NCBI GenBank assembly: GCA_040384765.1
Contig: JAZKIQ010000002.1
Coordinates: forward strand, 1-16,866
From: Patescibacteria group bacterium
GTDB lineage: Bacteria > Patescibacteriota > Minisyncoccia > Phycocordibacterales > JBBUBG01
DNA: 16,866 nt
Reading direction: 5' to 3'
A program made the position numbers and the translations under genes. Below are positions 15,175-16,866 of the stretch, in pieces. The notes beneath the pieces were generated by a model. It worked only from the letters and a program-made list of their open reading frames with translations. It was not told the DNA's origin and searched no databases. How positions within the stretch are numbered: the first letter of the stretch is position 1; every line of letters starts with the position of its first letter.

Positions 15175-16042
15175 CCAGGGAGGCCTCCTCTGGCGACTGG
15201 ACCCAATGGATCCTCTTATTTCGCCGAAACCAGGTTCGTTGTTTCTTTGCGTAGTCGCAAATGGCAAGGAAGAGCTCTTTTTGCATCTCTGCCTTGGTCA
15301 AAATTCCCTGGAGGTACTGGGCAATAAAGCGATATTCGAGCCCGAATAAATCAAGCCGCTCCCAGCTGAGGCCGACTGTGTCGTGCAGCCCCTGCACCTC
15401 CTCAATCATCCCCTCGAGTAGGCGTTCGCCCAGTCTTTTTTCAATTTTTTTCTTTAGCTCTTCGGGGGGAAGTGAGATACCTATGAAAAGCGGCTCATAG
15501 GGAGTTTTGGTCAATCGAGCTTCAGGTACGGCACCAAGAGCTTCTGCGATCTCAAGGGCTCGCACGAGTCTTCGAGGGTTGTTTGGGTCGATGTTCGCAG
15601 CTCTCCGTGGATCTTTGGTACAAAGCATTTCATAGAGTTCGATTGTCGTTTTCTCGGTAAGTCGTGTACGCAGTTCGGGGTTCGGAGGTACCTCTGGGAT
15701 AGAGATACCATCTATGAGCGCATCGATATAGTAGCCAGTGCCGCCGCATACAATCGGAAGCTTCCCTCGCTTCTGGATGCCTTCTATGGCTACTCTTGCG
15801 TCTCTGGTGTAGTCGTTCACGGTGTACTGGCTCGCTGGTTCGGCTATGTCGATGAGATGATGGGGGATCCCTTGCATCTCCTCTGGTCGTATTTTTCCAG
15901 TACCGATATCCAAGTTTCTATACACCTGTCGTGAGTCGGCAGAGACAATTTCACCATCGAGCGCGCGCGCAAGCGAAACAGCAAGCGCGCTTTTTCCGCT
16001 TGCGGTAGGGCCTACAATAACGATCACCTGATGAGTTGACAT
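15152..16042 (-). CDS. miaA: tRNA dimethylallyltransferase
   Basis: GPTASGKS, SADSRQVYRNLDIGTGK, PHHLID, VCGGTGYY, RRLVRALE, YAKKQRTWFR. Confidence 0.97.
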   Translation of the reverse strand: MSTHQVIVIVGPTASGKSALAVSLARALDGEIVSADSRQVYRNLDIGTGKIRPEEMQGIPHHLIDIAEPASQYTVNDYTRDARVAIEGIQKRGKLPIVCGGTGYYIDALIDGISIPEVPPNPELRTRLTEKTTIELYEMLCTKDPRRAANIDPNNPRRLVRALEIAEALGAVPEARLTKTPYEPLFIGISLPPEELKKKIEKRLGERLLEGMIEEVQGLHDTVGLSWERLDLFGLEYRFIAQYLQGILTKAEMQKELFLAICDYAKKQRTWFRRNKRIHWVQSPEEASLVVKQAGL

Positions 16043-16063
16043 TTATGAAAGTAATGCTATAGT
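16036..16063 (+). promoter_or_regulatory. Promoter divergent from miaA
   Basis: TTGACA (16036-16041, overlapping the miaA start), 16 nt ending in TGC, TATAGT (16058-16063). Confidence 0.6.
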
Positions 16064-16122
16064 ATTCTTTACCGTTTGTGAAGCATTACGCTGCGCAGAC
16101 ATCTGGAACAGTGGAGGATACG

Positions 16123-16404
16123 ATGAAGAAGATCAAGAAGGTTGCCTCGAGAGTCCGGACCGCCAAGCGGTACGTCACGAATATCAGCGAAGTGGAGGTG
16201 ATGTCCGTCCTCAAGATCTTCGCACCCCGGGGAGTGGCCACGATCGGAGAGATCCGCAAGATGGCCACACACCTCCGGGTGCGCCCGATTCACCTCGTTC
16301 GCGCGCTCCAGGGCAAGCGGTTCACCGACCGCGGCCTCCGGGTGAAGGTCGCCCGCGATGGTGAGAAGCAGTGGATGTTCCCGGTGACGAGGCGCAAGCG
16401 CTAA
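16123..16404 (+). CDS. Small basic hypothetical protein (93 aa), possibly winged-helix-like
   Basis: GGAGG RBS at 16113-16117, own promoter and terminator; K/R-rich, three helices then a beta hairpin by eye. Confidence 0.7.
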   Translation: MKKIKKVASRVRTAKRYVTNISEVEVMSVLKIFAPRGVATIGEIRKMATHLRVRPIHLVRALQGKRFTDRGLRVKVARDGEKQWMFPVTRRKR

Positions 16405-16424
16405 CGCGCTTCGTCCACCGGAAG

Positions 16425-16462
16425 AGGGCTGCAGCTGTAATAAGCTGTGGCCCTTTCTTTTT
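16425..16462 (+). terminator. Intrinsic terminator
   Basis: AGGGCTGCAGCT-GTAATA-AGCTGTGGCCCT (with G-U pairs) followed by a T-tract. Confidence 0.65.
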
Positions 16463-16517
16463 CTCTAAGATTTACTTAGAGAAAAAGAAAACCGTTTTGT
16501 CCGAAGAAGTTTTGGGC

Positions 16518-16559
16518 AAAAAACAAAAAGAAAACCGCCCCAGCTTGTTCGGCTGGGGC
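16518..16559 (-). terminator. Intrinsic terminator of the edge gene
   Basis: GCCCCAGC-7 nt-GCTGGGGC followed on the minus strand by GGTTTTCTTTTTGTTTTTT. Confidence 0.65.
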
Positions 16560-16595
16560 AGGAGTCCGGAACTCGAGAGAGATTCCGGCGGTGGG

Positions 16596-16865
16596 TCATT
16601 CGCCCTTGGCGAGCGTGACCGTGTGGGGTGGTGGTGGCAGGGGCTTCCCTGCAAGCCACATCTTGGCGTGCACAGGCTTCTTCGCTTGGTACTTCGCTTC
16701 GGCGATACCGTACCAGAACTCGCCGCTCGAAGCGACGATAAGCAGTGAGGCCACTGCTACCAGCTTCCAGACATCTGCGAAGCGAAATGGGGGCGTCGGC
16801 GGATCAGTCCACTCACCGTGCTGCCAGTGAGCTTCCTCTTCACCCGAATCAGATTCTCCATTCTC
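16596..16865 (-). CDS. 3' part of a single-TM hypothetical protein (start beyond the window; absent from the ORF track)
   Basis: Frame open from the window edge: ENGESDSGEEEAHWQ...VWKLVAVASLLIVASSGEFWYG...PPPPHTVTLAKGE*; followed by a terminator. Confidence 0.6.
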   Translation of the reverse strand, partial: ENGESDSGEEEAHWQHGEWTDPPTPPFRFADVWKLVAVASLLIVASSGEFWYGIAEAKYQAKKPVHAKMWLAGKPLPPPPHTVTLAKGE

Positions 16866-16866
16866 C

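Overview
Bacterial chromosomal window that looks like Patescibacteria/CPR (inference: minimal IF-2, tRNAs without encoded CCA, very short intergenic spaces, mostly no Shine-Dalgarno motifs; tRNA-Trp(CCA) and TGA stops fit code 11). The housekeeping backbone is tRNA-Cys, rbfA, infB, a DUF4446-like gene, a cysteine desulfurase, clpB, tRNA-Tyr, a divergent pyrH, a SAM methyltransferase, tRNA-Trp, rpmG and miaA. Three accessory items stand out. (1) A ~4.6 kb element (10235-14840) is inserted at the tRNA-Trp 3' end. Its att site appears to lie inside its own serine-recombinase gene, so the recombinase C-terminal tail sits at the opposite end of the island. The recombinase middle is replaced by ~3 kb of decayed fragments, while a two-gene cassette (integrase core-binding-like protein plus 2-TM protein, with a palindromic operator) is intact. 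(2) A hairpin-rich ~310 bp tract after tRNA-Tyr is built from direct and inverted copies of the tRNA 3' end. (3) An 81-aa, 10-Cys peptide gene lies next to a stand-alone DUF1399/GRDP-like domain. All family assignments come from motif recognition by eye, not from database searches.
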